A DNA stretch of 53,008 nt, taken from the IMG/VR virus record IMGVR_UViG_3300025151_000047, positions 1 through 53,008 of that record; one strand, given 5' to 3'. The stretch comes from a virus (taxonomy: Duplodnaviria; Caudoviricetes). Numbering within the stretch: position 1 is the stretch's first letter; the number at the start of each line of letters is the position of its first letter. Below are positions 44,201 to 53,008 of this stretch, piece by piece. The notes beneath the pieces were generated by a model that worked only from the letters and a program-made list of their open reading frames with translations, made no database searches and was not told where the DNA came from. The position numbers and the translations under genes are program-made.

Positions 44201-45779
44201 AATCATAGGTTGCTTTAATACCGACAATACTATTCGTAATGACCGAAGCTAATTCAGTAATAATATCATCTTTAGAGCTTAAATCTTTTGTACCTACAAC
44301 AGTATTTTTACTTTGAGATTTTTCGATATTACTAAAGAATTCAAAAATCTGAGTAGAACCATTAGCGTCTTCTAACGTAAGCGACTTGTCATTAAATACC
44401 GCGTTAATATCCGCCCCTCCAGAAAAACTGGGGACAGAGTTTTTGGTAATAGAATTATTAAAATTGGTATTAGTTACAACTGAAGTATTTCCTTCCGTTC
44501 CGGTTGTAACCTGAGTAATAGTAAGCTCACCTGAGGCGTTTGCAACAGTAAGTTTAGAGGACGTATGGCCGTTTACACCGTCGATAGCAAGTAATAATGC
44601 ATTTGCATTTTCAGTGGCCGTACCTTCTGGTTTGAAAAACACTACATCGGATGACCTACTAAAATCGCTAGGGGCATTTAAAAGGTATCGATTAAATCCT
44701 TTACCCGTAGCTACAGCAGTATCTCCAGTAGCTCCTCCGGTACACTGCTCGAAGGTAATTAAACCTCCAGTACCCACAGTAACATGAAGCTTACCAAAAC
44801 GGTTTTTGGGATAAATTTCTAAAGACGAAATAAAATCATTAGAAAGAATTAATCTTGAAGTAGACCCCACACCATCTTCGTCTTGAACCATATTAATATT
44901 ACCACCACCTGCGTCAGAGGCGGTTATTTTACCTGAGTGACCGTTAGCTGAGTTAATAGCTGCTGCTAGATTTTGAGCCTGAGTTCTTGAATTTGTGTTA
45001 GTCAAGAAAACTACGTCAGTACCGCTAAGATCTCCGTTTGCTCCTGTATTTTTACAAATATAAGTACGTTCAGTACCGTCCGTAGAAGTGAGAATAATAG
45101 TCTCATCCAGTCCGACACCGCCAGAAAATTTCATAGTATTACTAGCACTAGCGTTATGGCCGTTAGAACTATAGATAGCTTCTTGCAAGTTTAAGGCACT
45201 ATCGTTAATAAAAGTACCATAGTTAAACCCGACAGAAGAACCTACTAAATCTCCGGTTGTACCTGACGTAGAAATATAAGTTTTAGAAGTACTATCTGCT
45301 GATACTAAAGTAATAAAACTAGGTAAAACAGGCACACTAGTAAATGTAATAGATGTACTAGCTTCAGATAAAGACCCTGTATTTTTGTAGTTATCGGCAA
45401 TATATGTTATTTCCGTTTCATCGGTACTAGTTAAAGAAATAGTACTAGCAGAAATAACTTTATCATTAAAAGTAAAGTTGGTTGTTCCGGCAGTAAGTGG
45501 TGCGCTACCAATCGTAATAGTAGCACTTGCTCCCAAAGGGCCGGGTAACCCCAGTCCTCCCTCACTCTTAAGAATACCGTTTTTCTTACAAACAAGTTGT
45601 TTAGACCCTGCTCGTTTTTCAATTGACTTTTCTAAAGTAGGCAAAGCGTTGGTAATTTCCTGTGCCTCAGAAAGCAAACGTTTGGATGGAGCTTGTCTGC
45701 CTACTCCACCGCTTAAAGTGGGGATAGCAATTCGGGTATTAAAACCACGTTGCCTAGCTCTTCGATCATATGGTGGCAT
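41274..45779 (-). CDS. Tail tubular protein B / nozzle (T7 gp12-like) with large insertions, 1501 aa
   Basis: IPTLSGGVGRQ...IEKRAG start; WNMRTSG..ETNPGP, YFRNRMWL, DEDPID, QNAFFKY motifs. Confidence 0.9.
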   Translation of the reverse strand: MPPYDRRARQRGFNTRIAIPTLSGGVGRQAPSKRLLSEAQEITNALPTLEKSIEKRAGSKQLVCKKNGILKSEGGLGLPGPLGASATITIGSAPLTAGTTNFTFNDKVISASTISLTSTDETEITYIADNYKNTGSLSEASTSITFTSVPVLPSFITLVSADSTSKTYISTSGTTGDLVGSSVGFNYGTFINDSALNLQEAIYSSNGHNASASNTMKFSGGVGLDETIILTSTDGTERTYICKNTGANGDLSGTDVVFLTNTNSRTQAQNLAAAINSANGHSGKITASDAGGGNINMVQDEDGVGSTSRLILSNDFISSLEIYPKNRFGKLHVTVGTGGLITFEQCTGGATGDTAVATGKGFNRYLLNAPSDFSRSSDVVFFKPEGTATENANALLLAIDGVNGHTSSKLTVANASGELTITQVTTGTEGNTSVVTNTNFNNSITKNSVPSFSGGADINAVFNDKSLTLEDANGSTQIFEFFSNIEKSQSKNTVVGTKDLSSKDDIITELASVITNSIVGIKATYDSTTSELRLTMTDAGGNGKLIKTNDTTLFSATQFRSGLLGRKYFFYWFSISDDLRYLVVIDYSASGPAENLFYIYRVNTDTGVVEDQTPENQNTDQKIYDYITYGNNIYDAEEALDAITIGTNIFFVNKFVKAGFSSNKEGYKFDLSGIATQEIDYKGKELTYYTSSVVDPEGKALLYVPNKAYVSGTEVYNAYGVWKALTDIRSETTAQYASNENEVSNAADPGPPNYLFVSENTERWYPYGKNGGSTPDDTVADPDGPFRKQWEVSDPEGVVDGEYLPTPSVLEDGKYYWKETVNSSNGIIEEEGDIVYNIAHSRRTCDSSVNDSDCYSDGEDYYISLWQYVRPVAQIPAEDNRYVDRTKQYLGQAYSDFSNVKLPPHPSDPTDIIDLATEAAIPDGIPNYQDGDGNLVGEAAIAMGLLYENKNISDYEEVIDNSDPNLRTHEDGLGKIIFVENAYADSLPGFYRMQSTEDKPFLEKVRTPYAFSRFDEERMPHVLNFSAPDDDNPTGGWEFSTVDWNMRTSGTDETNPGPKLFENGKQVEIKAMGYFRNRMWLAGEDKVFSSSLNNITNFFLEDPASITDEDPIDITCSYNKYTEVVNLTPFENNLFVNTGSDVQFTVSGSDNLISPFTAEVSPTSFYSTAPLIKPILLGSQVYFFDKERLYIYFNDKTVSINNAVEVSYHVPNYLPVEYGATTVVPPYDTLLFVDKNDKKDMFCYTNRYSGERVIQNAFFKYSFDRDILSVNVYDSDIYYLTETFNGSRVVHHIQKQKFQERNYSIPLLDNRFDEFTSATYDEQSDETVFVFAGYFNDNITDIVVDGESLNILSFKAGSKNTTVSVQGKYSNPAQVYVGTSYSTVIQLSPIYYRDDNQNVVDGVLSLRTMHIRHHNTGNYDIEINNRNRITTPIKFSSKEISTRNDLTPLENFAVDGETVSKVFGFGDEVKISILSDYISPMNITNIELKGRFNATYSSWVR

Positions 45780-45790
45780 AGTCTATCTCC

Positions 45791-46426
45791 TTAAGTACGA
45801 GGAAATCGAATACTTCGAGTATTGATTTGTCGGTTAACAGCATTGGAAATAGAATTTTCTGGCCCGTTAAAAATATTATATCGTTTTTGTGAGTTATCAG
45901 ACCCCTTAGCTTGAGACTCATAGTACAGAGACAGCTGGGCTAAGTAAGAATCTACATCTCCATCTCCCTGAGACATCATCTGATATTCTCTTGCTGCCTG
46001 CATAACAATAGCTTTTTGTACCGAAGTATCCATGTCTTCCCACTCTAATTTTAAAACGAGATAAACATTATACTCTGTATCAGCATCCCACAATGTAGTA
46101 TCATCAGTAAAGTTATAAAGGTAAGGAGGATTACCCTTAATAACTCCTCTAATTTGTTTATTATCTTTATTTTTATGGGTAGAAGTTAACCAACCAGAAA
46201 GAGTGTTTTGTGGTAATTCAATTTCACCTTTAGATTCAATAGAATAAGTTCTATTAATCTGGTTATTAGCTAAACCACGCATCTGATAATCAATAATCTT
46301 TTGATCTAACATAAATTCAGCAATGCTTGTATCTACACCGCTTTGATTTTCTAAATCACTTACAATATTTTCTCCTGATGCAATTAACATTTGGTTAACA
46401 GCATCTAATCTAGTCATATAACCCAT
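45791..46426 (-). CDS. Tail tubular protein A (T7 gp11-like)
   Basis: TRLDAVNQMLIASGE..V..L; position after capsid; AAGGAGG RBS. Confidence 0.9.
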   Translation of the reverse strand: MGYMTRLDAVNQMLIASGENIVSDLENQSGVDTSIAEFMLDQKIIDYQMRGLANNQINRTYSIESKGEIELPQNTLSGWLTSTHKNKDNKQIRGVIKGNPPYLYNFTDDTTLWDADTEYNVYLVLKLEWEDMDTSVQKAIVMQAAREYQMMSQGDGDVDSYLAQLSLYYESQAKGSDNSQKRYNIFNGPENSISNAVNRQINTRSIRFPRT

Positions 46427-46442
46427 AGTTTTTCCTCCTTAG

Positions 46443-46478
46443 AAAAAAACACCGCAGCCCCCTTCCGGGGGCCACGGC
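46443..46478 (-). terminator. Intrinsic terminator after major capsid (T-phi equivalent)
   Basis: GCCGUGGCCCCC-GGAA-GGGGGCUGCGGU then G-U7. Confidence 0.85.
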
Positions 46479-46581
46479 GATAATTTGCAGGTAACGGCAA
46501 CTTCCTGCTGCCGAGATAGGATCACCTCTTTCAAAAGAGTTTGTAAGACATAAAAATATCCTCCAAAAGATCCTACCAATT

Positions 46582-47970
46582 TTAGGCACTGTAGTAGCCA
46601 GAGCCACTCGCAGTGTTAGCGTACTCACTAGTCATACCAAAGGCAATAAGAGTCTTAGCGCGAGTAATCTCATCATCTGCCGAACCGCTACCGTCGTTAT
46701 CAAAACCACCAAGAACAACAGCAGCACACTCCGGACGCAGAACGCCCGTACCGGCCATCATCGAGGCAACGGTAAAGTTGGTGTTACGTCGGATATCTTC
46801 AACGGTATCAACCTTCATACCCTGAAGCGACAGCGAAGCCACGGACTTGGACTGCCACATAACAGCCTTAACGCCAGTAGTTCCGTTGGTTGCATCATCA
46901 AGTTTCATAACCTGATTTACAGTACCCTGCTGACCAGTAAAGTCAAGGTTGTACCGAGATTCACCAATAACGTTAGCGTTATAAGCGTCAGGATCACCAG
47001 TGTTAGTAGCGTCGAAGTTAGGAAGATGGTTAGTCTTAAGAATACGGCAACTCATGTATTCAAGACTATCCTGAATACCAAACATACCGTCACGAAGACC
47101 AGTACCAAGACCACCAGCGTCAGCAACACCACCGAAGAACGGACGGCCAGCACCGCCACCAAGGTCACTAGTATCCCGAGCAACACCAAGCGCACGAATA
47201 TCGTGGAAGGTCTGCGGGGTCACAGCGCAGTACACTCCGTCAGTCGGAGCGTTGATTTCCTGCAAGTGAACCATAAAGTCTTCGATAGCAGCAAGCAGCG
47301 CAAGAGCACCATCAGCGCGTTCCGAGTCAGAAGCGGCAGCTGAATCAAGGTATTCCAGATTAACGCTAAACGGCGAACCGTAAAGCGTTGAATCTTTAAG
47401 ACTCTTGTTCCAACCAGTTCCCGAACGAGGATCATCAGTAAGAACTGACTCAAGACCAGCGCGAACAAGGTAAGCACCAATCTGAAGGTCACGGGCGTTA
47501 GCAAGCGTCTGACCAGCCTGACGGGCCAGTTCCTGACGATACTGCCACTGAGTGATCATGAGGTCAACGTTGTCAAGCTCGAAGTAAGAAGCAATCGGAC
47601 GGTTATCAAGAGTAACCGAGAAAGTCTTACTAACGTGATCACCAGTGTTACCGAGAAGTTCTTCACCAGCAAACCACGCGGGCTTCATGTTCACAGTACC
47701 CATGATCGGGAACTCCATAGCGCGACCCGAAGCAATAGTTCGAGACTCGACGAGGGGTTCAAAAACACGGTACTGATCGTAAGCGTACATCACTTCGCCC
47801 GACCAAATAGGAAGCCAAAGTTTATTAGTACCATTGGCACCACCAGAGGTAGCAGCTTCCATAGTTGAACGATAAGGTGCTCCTTCAAAAAGGGGCGGTC
47901 CAGTGTTATCACCGGAAGTACCGAGACTACCGATACCACCGTAAGCATTAGTTCCAGCAATATAAGTCAT
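46582..47970 (-). CDS. Major capsid protein (T7 gp10-like)
   Basis: LWLPIWSGEV, RTIASGRAMEFPIMG, RQELARQAGQTLA..RD, GTGVLRPECA. Confidence 0.95.
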   Translation of the reverse strand: MTYIAGTNAYGGIGSLGTSGDNTGPPLFEGAPYRSTMEAATSGGANGTNKLWLPIWSGEVMYAYDQYRVFEPLVESRTIASGRAMEFPIMGTVNMKPAWFAGEELLGNTGDHVSKTFSVTLDNRPIASYFELDNVDLMITQWQYRQELARQAGQTLANARDLQIGAYLVRAGLESVLTDDPRSGTGWNKSLKDSTLYGSPFSVNLEYLDSAAASDSERADGALALLAAIEDFMVHLQEINAPTDGVYCAVTPQTFHDIRALGVARDTSDLGGGAGRPFFGGVADAGGLGTGLRDGMFGIQDSLEYMSCRILKTNHLPNFDATNTGDPDAYNANVIGESRYNLDFTGQQGTVNQVMKLDDATNGTTGVKAVMWQSKSVASLSLQGMKVDTVEDIRRNTNFTVASMMAGTGVLRPECAAVVLGGFDNDGSGSADDEITRAKTLIAFGMTSEYANTASGSGYYSA

Positions 47971-48040
47971 AATAATTCTCCTTGAGAATTGTGTAATTGT
48001 TTAATAATAATAAAGTAAATAAATTACAGCAATAGTCACG

Positions 48041-48065
48041 GTTGAATTATCCTTTCGGGTTCAAC
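48041..48065 (-). promoter_or_regulatory. Bulged hairpin in capsid leader
   Basis: GUUGAA-CCCGAAAGG-AUAA-UUCAAC in AT-rich intergenic DNA. Confidence 0.5.
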
Positions 48066-48122
48066 GTTAGCTTGTCAATCCCACAAATATCATAAACATC
48101 TCTGTTTAATCTATTTGTTTTC

Positions 48123-49001
48123 TTAACGTGGAAGACTCTGCCAATTAGTCTTCACCATTCGTTCCTCTACAGCACTCCGATACTTTGCATCCTGCATGTA
48201 TCGAGGGTCTGATCGTGCTTGGGTAAACTCACCGTAGGAAGCAAAGCCTTCTACGATAGGTCTACCCGCTGGATTTGGAACTTGATTTGGCTGAGGAACC
48301 GGCTCCTGAGCGCGAGGCGCATTAGCCATAGCCTTATCATACATCGCGGCAATGCCTTGTAGGGTAATATCATAATCAGGTCCAGCAAGCCTTTCATTGA
48401 GAACCATCTGCTTCTCTTTGGGAAGGTTATTTGCTGCCCACTCCAGCATTCCTGATAATCGTTCCGGACCACCAACCGACTGAGCCGCCACGCCGAAAGC
48501 TTCTTTCTGTTTAGCTTTCTGAGCAAAGACGAAATCATTGATCATCTGGTCATTGAATCCAGTTTTCTGTTTAATAGTTTCTCTAGTTTCTGGGGTAAGA
48601 TCACCTGCGCGAACAAGCTCCTTACTCCATGAACTATAATCTTCTTCCGTAACCCCAGTAGGTTCAGCTTGTTTCTGAATTGTTTCTTCTGGAGTTGGGA
48701 TTCTAAATTCCTGCTGTTCGTTAGGTGTAACAGGAGGAGGGGTTTCTGGCTGTGCTTCCTTATTGTGAAACTGTTTTTCAAGTTCAACATAAGATTTAGC
48801 CATAGCAGCAATATCAACCGATCCATCTTCTTGACGAAACTTCTCAGGAACGTTATTGTTTAGGACATCTTGATTTGCTTGTCCAAGAGCAGCCATCTCT
48901 TGGTTATACTCCGGTGACCCCTGTGCAGGAGGTGCTGGAGTTTCTGCGGGAGTACCCTCAACAGGGGTAGCTTCAACATTATTCGTAATTTCTTCAGACA
49001 T
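48123..49001 (-). CDS. Capsid scaffolding protein (T7 gp9-like)
   Basis: PEKF...MAKSYVELEK, VGG.E....MLEWA..NL, DPRY..DAKYR..VE. Confidence 0.9.
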   Translation of the reverse strand: MSEEITNNVEATPVEGTPAETPAPPAQGSPEYNQEMAALGQANQDVLNNNVPEKFRQEDGSVDIAAMAKSYVELEKQFHNKEAQPETPPPVTPNEQQEFRIPTPEETIQKQAEPTGVTEEDYSSWSKELVRAGDLTPETRETIKQKTGFNDQMINDFVFAQKAKQKEAFGVAAQSVGGPERLSGMLEWAANNLPKEKQMVLNERLAGPDYDITLQGIAAMYDKAMANAPRAQEPVPQPNQVPNPAGRPIVEGFASYGEFTQARSDPRYMQDAKYRSAVEERMVKTNWQSLPR

Positions 49002-49010
49002 GTGTTCTCC

Positions 49011-50576
49011 TTAAGCTTGGCCCGGAGCTAACCTTTGACCAATTGCTTGTTGTGCAATACCCGATGCAGCAGCCATTGCCTGTTGCGCCCCTTGCGCTTC
49101 AGTTTGCATAGCCATCTGTTCTTGCATTGCAGCTCTTTGTTCAAGTTGTACTTCTTCTTCAGATTTAACCCAACTAGCGGGATCAAAACCAAGAGAAGAT
49201 ATTAATGCCGTAGTATAGGCATCCCATTTAAACGTAGCCAGAGACTGAGGCGGAAGATTTCTTACCATCTCACCTAACTGGATAAGTTTTGTTAAATCAG
49301 TATCCCTAGAAAGAGCTTGAAGTCCAGTAATAATTTCAACTGATAATTTACCGTCTTCGGCAAACTCTTCAGCTAATCTAGGATCAATAAGTTGTTCGTC
49401 AATCATAACAAATACAGCACGTTTAACAACAGGAACCATCATCTCTCTAGCAATAGAGGAGAAAGCTCCGCCGAGAATAGTTTCTAATTCAGAACCAATC
49501 ATACGGACTGCCGTAGCGGTAACCCGATCACCCGAAGGGATAGCACCTGCTGACATTAAGAAAGCCACAGAGACTTCTCGTCTCATGGAATCAACGGCAG
49601 CCGAAATTGATTGAATTTGTGGGGTCAAGGTATCTGACGGCGACAAGGTAAACACATCTTCTCGACGCGCTGAGATGTACGATCCGTTATCTCTACCGGC
49701 TACATCTTCAATGTTAGTTACACCGGCTGGGTTAATACCGATCCAGAATGCACTAGCTGCCGCCATACCCTCAAGCATAGCCTGAGTATACGCTTCTAAT
49801 GTCTGGATATCGCCAAACATTTCTTCACAGTGAGATCGACCATAATTCTCACCGGGAATTCCTACCCATCTAAGGCAGGCGTAAGGAAGCACTTTATATT
49901 TACCCGACGAAATAAAGTTTCCTTCCTCGTCTTCTCTAAGCACATCCCACTCTTTAGTCTCTTCATTAAGAGTTAATCTTACATACACAGTAGTATAACC
50001 ACGGCGGTTTGTGGAATCCGACATACCGTAATTTTCTAAAGCGGGTTCGTCAGAATCATTAGCAATAAATTCTAAATGAATAATTTCAACAGGATTTCCA
50101 ACAATATCTCTTCGTAAAACATAGTGGTCTTGTCGAATGAGACGGTAATTAAAATCATCTTCCATGACAATAATACAATCACCCGTAATAATTAAATGCT
50201 GAAGAGCAGCAAAAATTGTTTCTCTAAAATTTTTAGAAAGGATTTTTGTATATACCTGCATGGATAAAGTCTGGAGATAGGCTTTAAGTTTAGGCTCTAG
50301 CTCAATACCTGACTCGGCTTCAAACTGAAAGAAAGGTAAATCATTAAGAGGAATTAACGCACTTAACATTCTACTTGCAAGGTTAGTCACTCCTCGACTA
50401 GGCATCGAAGAGGACGGCTGGATAAGCTCGTCTTTTTCAGTCCACGTTTCAGGAGGCAAAATGGACGGGATAGTTAAAGCAGAACAAGCTCTCGCTCTAT
50501 CTAACTTGCTTGTTCTTTCCGTATCTAAAGTCCTAAACCGTTCATAAATACTACCTTCTGGTGGAATTGGTGACAT
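49011..50576 (-). CDS. Portal / head-tail connector (T7 gp8-like)
   Basis: LTIPSILP, RGVTNLASRM, GENYGRSHCEE, RVTATAVR...ELETILGG, IITGLQALSR. Confidence 0.95.
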   Translation of the reverse strand: MSPIPPEGSIYERFRTLDTERTSKLDRARACSALTIPSILPPETWTEKDELIQPSSSMPSRGVTNLASRMLSALIPLNDLPFFQFEAESGIELEPKLKAYLQTLSMQVYTKILSKNFRETIFAALQHLIITGDCIIVMEDDFNYRLIRQDHYVLRRDIVGNPVEIIHLEFIANDSDEPALENYGMSDSTNRRGYTTVYVRLTLNEETKEWDVLREDEEGNFISSGKYKVLPYACLRWVGIPGENYGRSHCEEMFGDIQTLEAYTQAMLEGMAAASAFWIGINPAGVTNIEDVAGRDNGSYISARREDVFTLSPSDTLTPQIQSISAAVDSMRREVSVAFLMSAGAIPSGDRVTATAVRMIGSELETILGGAFSSIAREMMVPVVKRAVFVMIDEQLIDPRLAEEFAEDGKLSVEIITGLQALSRDTDLTKLIQLGEMVRNLPPQSLATFKWDAYTTALISSLGFDPASWVKSEEEVQLEQRAAMQEQMAMQTEAQGAQQAMAAASGIAQQAIGQRLAPGQA

Positions 50577-51055
50577 CAGACTGGCCTCCCCATAGGTGCT
50601 CCTCCTCCGCCCATCGTGGGACTAGGAGTAGTGGGTGTACCGGGAGCTAAACCACCGCCTGTACCGGGCATAGGAACTCCTGCTCCAGCGTAATTCTGCA
50701 TAGCGTCTAAAAGAGATGCGGTAAAATCAAGATTTAATTTTCCGCCTTCTGCTTCTTCTTCTTGTGCTTCAATCTCTCCGGATAAAATTCCCTCCATTGC
50801 TTCTTGGATACTTTCTTCCATCATCGCAATTTGAGTCTGACTTTCTCGTTGAGATAAGGAAAAAGCTTCTCTTTCTCTTTGCATTTCACGTTGAAATTCA
50901 TTTTGTTCTCTCATCATAGAAGCCTGCATCTCAGCAGCATAACGAGTCTGTTCATTTATTTCTTCAGTACTCATTGGAGTATAACTTGGACCCCCTCCAT
51001 AATAGGGACCGTATAGAGACCCGTTTAACTTACCGGGTGGAATAAAATTAATCAT
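50576..51055 (-). CDS. Hypothetical virion-associated protein (159 aa)
   Basis: Position before portal; coiled coil with Gly/Pro tail; GGAGG RBS. Confidence 0.65.
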   Translation of the reverse strand: MINFIPPGKLNGSLYGPYYGGGPSYTPMSTEEINEQTRYAAEMQASMMREQNEFQREMQREREAFSLSQRESQTQIAMMEESIQEAMEGILSGEIEAQEEEAEGGKLNLDFTASLLDAMQNYAGAGVPMPGTGGGLAPGTPTTPSPTMGGGGAPMGRPV

Positions 51056-52275
51056 TGTGGTCTACCTCCTTGAAATCCTGTAAACCTTGCAAGCGGTTCT
51101 TTTTCTTTAGGTAAAAGACGTTGTTTTCCTCTACTAAAAGATTCTCCTAATTTTCTGATAGATTGTCTTAATGCTTTTTGCTGTTCTTGTGCTACAAATT
51201 TTTGTTCTTCTGTTGCTACTTGTGCATCTAAAGCAGACCCAAAACCGATATTAACAGTAGAAAGAACATTTCCCATAGCTTCGTAGGCACTTCTGTAAAG
51301 ATTGCCATATGTAGTAGAAGCCATAGAAGCAAGTTCTGAATATAAAAGATCTTCTTCTGCTGTTCCTACCAAAGATACGTCAGACCCTATAAATTGTCTT
51401 AAAGCTTGATTTTTTCCAAACGCTGCATAACTAAAATCGCCCTCCCGCAATCTTTCGTATTGATCTAACAAATTCCTATAAGTTCTTGGACCGAGAGTGG
51501 ATAGACCTTCATATCCATAGTCTTCAAGGCTAATAGTTTCATAAGGATTATAACCTTCTAGTCCTATAGTATCCAATACGTTTTCCATAGCTGATGTAAA
51601 CTGCTCTGTTTCAAAATTTGTAATCCAATCAGCATCTTGCTGAACTCTTCTTTTAAAAAAATCCCTCATAGCATTAAAAGAATCTGTGTTCATCGTATCC
51701 ATATAATCATCAGGGCTTTCAGAACGGTATTGATTTCTAGTAACCATTTCACCTGTTAAAGGATCTTTGTAGCTGACGGTTGCCCCTTGACCTATTGAAG
51801 CTACTTCTAAGTCTGAGGCAGCGCGTTGCCTTGCTCTTTTAATTTTTTGAAATTTATTAGTTAAATCCGCCATTGTACGGATTTTACCTTTGTAGGGAGA
51901 CTCTAGTAATTTAGCGGCACCTTCTACAGATTTTGTAATTGCATCTAACTCTTTGTGAGAAGCTTGAAGATAATCGTCTTTTACTTCTATTTTTCCTATT
52001 GCCCCGACAAAATCTTCGTTAATTCCTCGTATTGCGCCAGCAAAACCAGAACCAAATTGACTGATGGCATCGTACCTATTTTGTGTATACTCATCGTCTC
52101 GTCTCATATCATACTCTCTGAACTTATGAAAGTTCTCTGCGCCGATATGCCCCCTATGCAAGGCTTGATACAATCTTTCACCCACATCTTCTAGACGGTA
52201 AGCAATTCTTCCTTCTTCTGTTTGGCTAGGCGTATCGAAATAATCAAGCTCTTCATATGTTCCTAATGCTCCCAT
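51052..52275 (-). CDS. Hypothetical protein (407 aa)
   Basis: Long ORF, AAGGA RBS, coupled to next gene. Confidence 0.75.
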   Translation of the reverse strand: MGALGTYEELDYFDTPSQTEEGRIAYRLEDVGERLYQALHRGHIGAENFHKFREYDMRRDDEYTQNRYDAISQFGSGFAGAIRGINEDFVGAIGKIEVKDDYLQASHKELDAITKSVEGAAKLLESPYKGKIRTMADLTNKFQKIKRARQRAASDLEVASIGQGATVSYKDPLTGEMVTRNQYRSESPDDYMDTMNTDSFNAMRDFFKRRVQQDADWITNFETEQFTSAMENVLDTIGLEGYNPYETISLEDYGYEGLSTLGPRTYRNLLDQYERLREGDFSYAAFGKNQALRQFIGSDVSLVGTAEEDLLYSELASMASTTYGNLYRSAYEAMGNVLSTVNIGFGSALDAQVATEEQKFVAQEQQKALRQSIRKLGESFSRGKQRLLPKEKEPLARFTGFQGGRPQ

Positions 52276-52284
52276 GGTGAATCC

Positions 52285-52470
52285 TTATCGTTTATTTTGT
52301 TCAACAGAAATAGATTTAAGTTTAATTATCAATTCCCTCTGACCCGCTCTGTGAGCTAGGTTCAGACTCAGGTGTGGATTTTTTACGTCCTCTAAGCTTG
52401 GGTTTAAGGGAGGATACATCATCTCCAGAGCATCCACAATCTTTGGATCTACATAAGGAAACTTCTTCAT
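52285..52470 (-). CDS. Small conserved podophage protein (T7 gp6.5-like position)
   Basis: GGAGG RBS; P.V...IV.ALE.MYP...RAGQRELI..L. Confidence 0.65.
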   Translation of the reverse strand: MKKFPYVDPKIVDALEMMYPPLNPSLEDVKNPHLSLNLAHRAGQRELIIKLKSISVEQNKR

Positions 52471-52588
52471 TTAAATCCTCCACCTTTTTAATTAAATAAA
52501 TAAACAACATTCTAATTTCGCCGGAAGATAAGGACATCCCACTTCCGCTTAACCTAAGTCTTCTAATAATTTGCTCGATATTATGCAT
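52322..52588 (-). CDS. Hypothetical protein (88 aa), overlapping the downstream gene
   Basis: AGGAG RBS directly after the RNR stop. Confidence 0.55.
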   Translation of the reverse strand: MHNIEQIIRRLRLSGSGMSLSSGEIRMLFIYLIKKVEDLNEEVSLCRSKDCGCSGDDVSSLKPKLRGRKKSTPESEPSSQSGSEGIDN

Positions 52589-52597
52589 AATGTTCTC

Positions 52598-53008
52598 CTA
52601 ATCCTCTACAGTATCCACGATTTCACATTGACCGCCGACACAAGCAAAGGTTTGACTAGATTTTGTATTGTCTTCTTTTTCGTATTCGGAAAGCTTATCC
52701 CATTTAATAATAGGCATTTGATCGCAAGCGACCTTGTAGGTCACCTCATCTACAGGCTCGAATGGAGCTTGCTTGTAGACATGCTCGGATCGAGGCAGGA
52801 ACGAGATTCCCTGAATATCATTGAAGTTCTTGTATACCCAATCACCGATCTCCATGAACTCGTCATCAGAATACTCGATGGTGACAGAGGGATTGTGATC
52901 CGTCCAGTGTTTCTTGTATACCATCCAGAGTTCCAAGTGACGCATTGCCGAGACATCCTCTCGGGTTGTGGCCTTTTCAGGTGCGCCGATAGGGAACTCG
53001 AAGATGAT
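52598..53008 (-). CDS. nrdJ: Class II (adenosylcobalamin-dependent) ribonucleotide reductase, C-terminal part; start outside window
   Basis: WTDHNPSVT, GISFLP, YKQAPFE and terminal ACVGGQCE cysteine pair. Confidence 0.88.
   Translation of the reverse strand: MIFEFPIGAPEKATTREDVSAMRHLELWMVYKKHWTDHNPSVTIEYSDDEFMEIGDWVYKNFNDIQGISFLPRSEHVYKQAPFEPVDEVTYKVACDQMPIIKWDKLSEYEKEDNTKSSQTFACVGGQCEIVDTVED

Noticed and set aside
46519-46532. 16S rRNA 3'-end-like sequence on the plus strand
   Set aside because: Only 14 nt with no flanking rRNA; better read as an extended SD on the minus strand
46410-46628. 72-aa ORF as a T7 gp10B-style frameshift extension of the capsid
   Set aside because: It is in the +1 frame, no -1 slippery heptamer precedes the capsid stop, and the peptide looks non-structural; kept only as part of the regulatory hypothesis
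1-53008. tRNA genes, CRISPR arrays, integrase, IS elements, introns/inteins
   Set aside because: None recognised by eye; intergenic hairpins lack cloverleaf or repeat-spacer periodicity, and terL, portal and capsid look uninterrupted

Overview
Structural and early half of a T7-like podovirus (Autographiviridae-like morphogenesis module). Every credible gene is on the minus strand. Reading right to left: the 3' end of a class II ribonucleotide reductase, portal, scaffold, major capsid, tail tubular A, an enlarged tail tubular B, tail fibre, a 2297-aa Cys-rich adhesin/depolymerase-like protein, a membrane/lysis cluster containing a Flp-pilin-like gene, a run of tiny Lys/Arg-rich ORFs, terminase small and large subunits, a sulfotransferase-like gene, three internal-virion-type genes ending in a 4674-aa giant, a probable genome end/junction near 4.7-5.7 kb, and small early genes separated by GC-rich hairpins. 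A dockerin-like C-terminus and the Cys-rich proteins suggest a Planctomycetota (Phycisphaerae-like) host (inference). Best candidate for a new system: the 4674-aa protein carries four single-subunit (T7/N4-type) RNA polymerase-like motifs in a non-canonical order (C, A, B, DxxGR), plus Rho-N-like and zincin-like motifs, suggesting a virion-packaged, rearranged RNA polymerase. All family calls are by-eye motif recognition; no searches were run.
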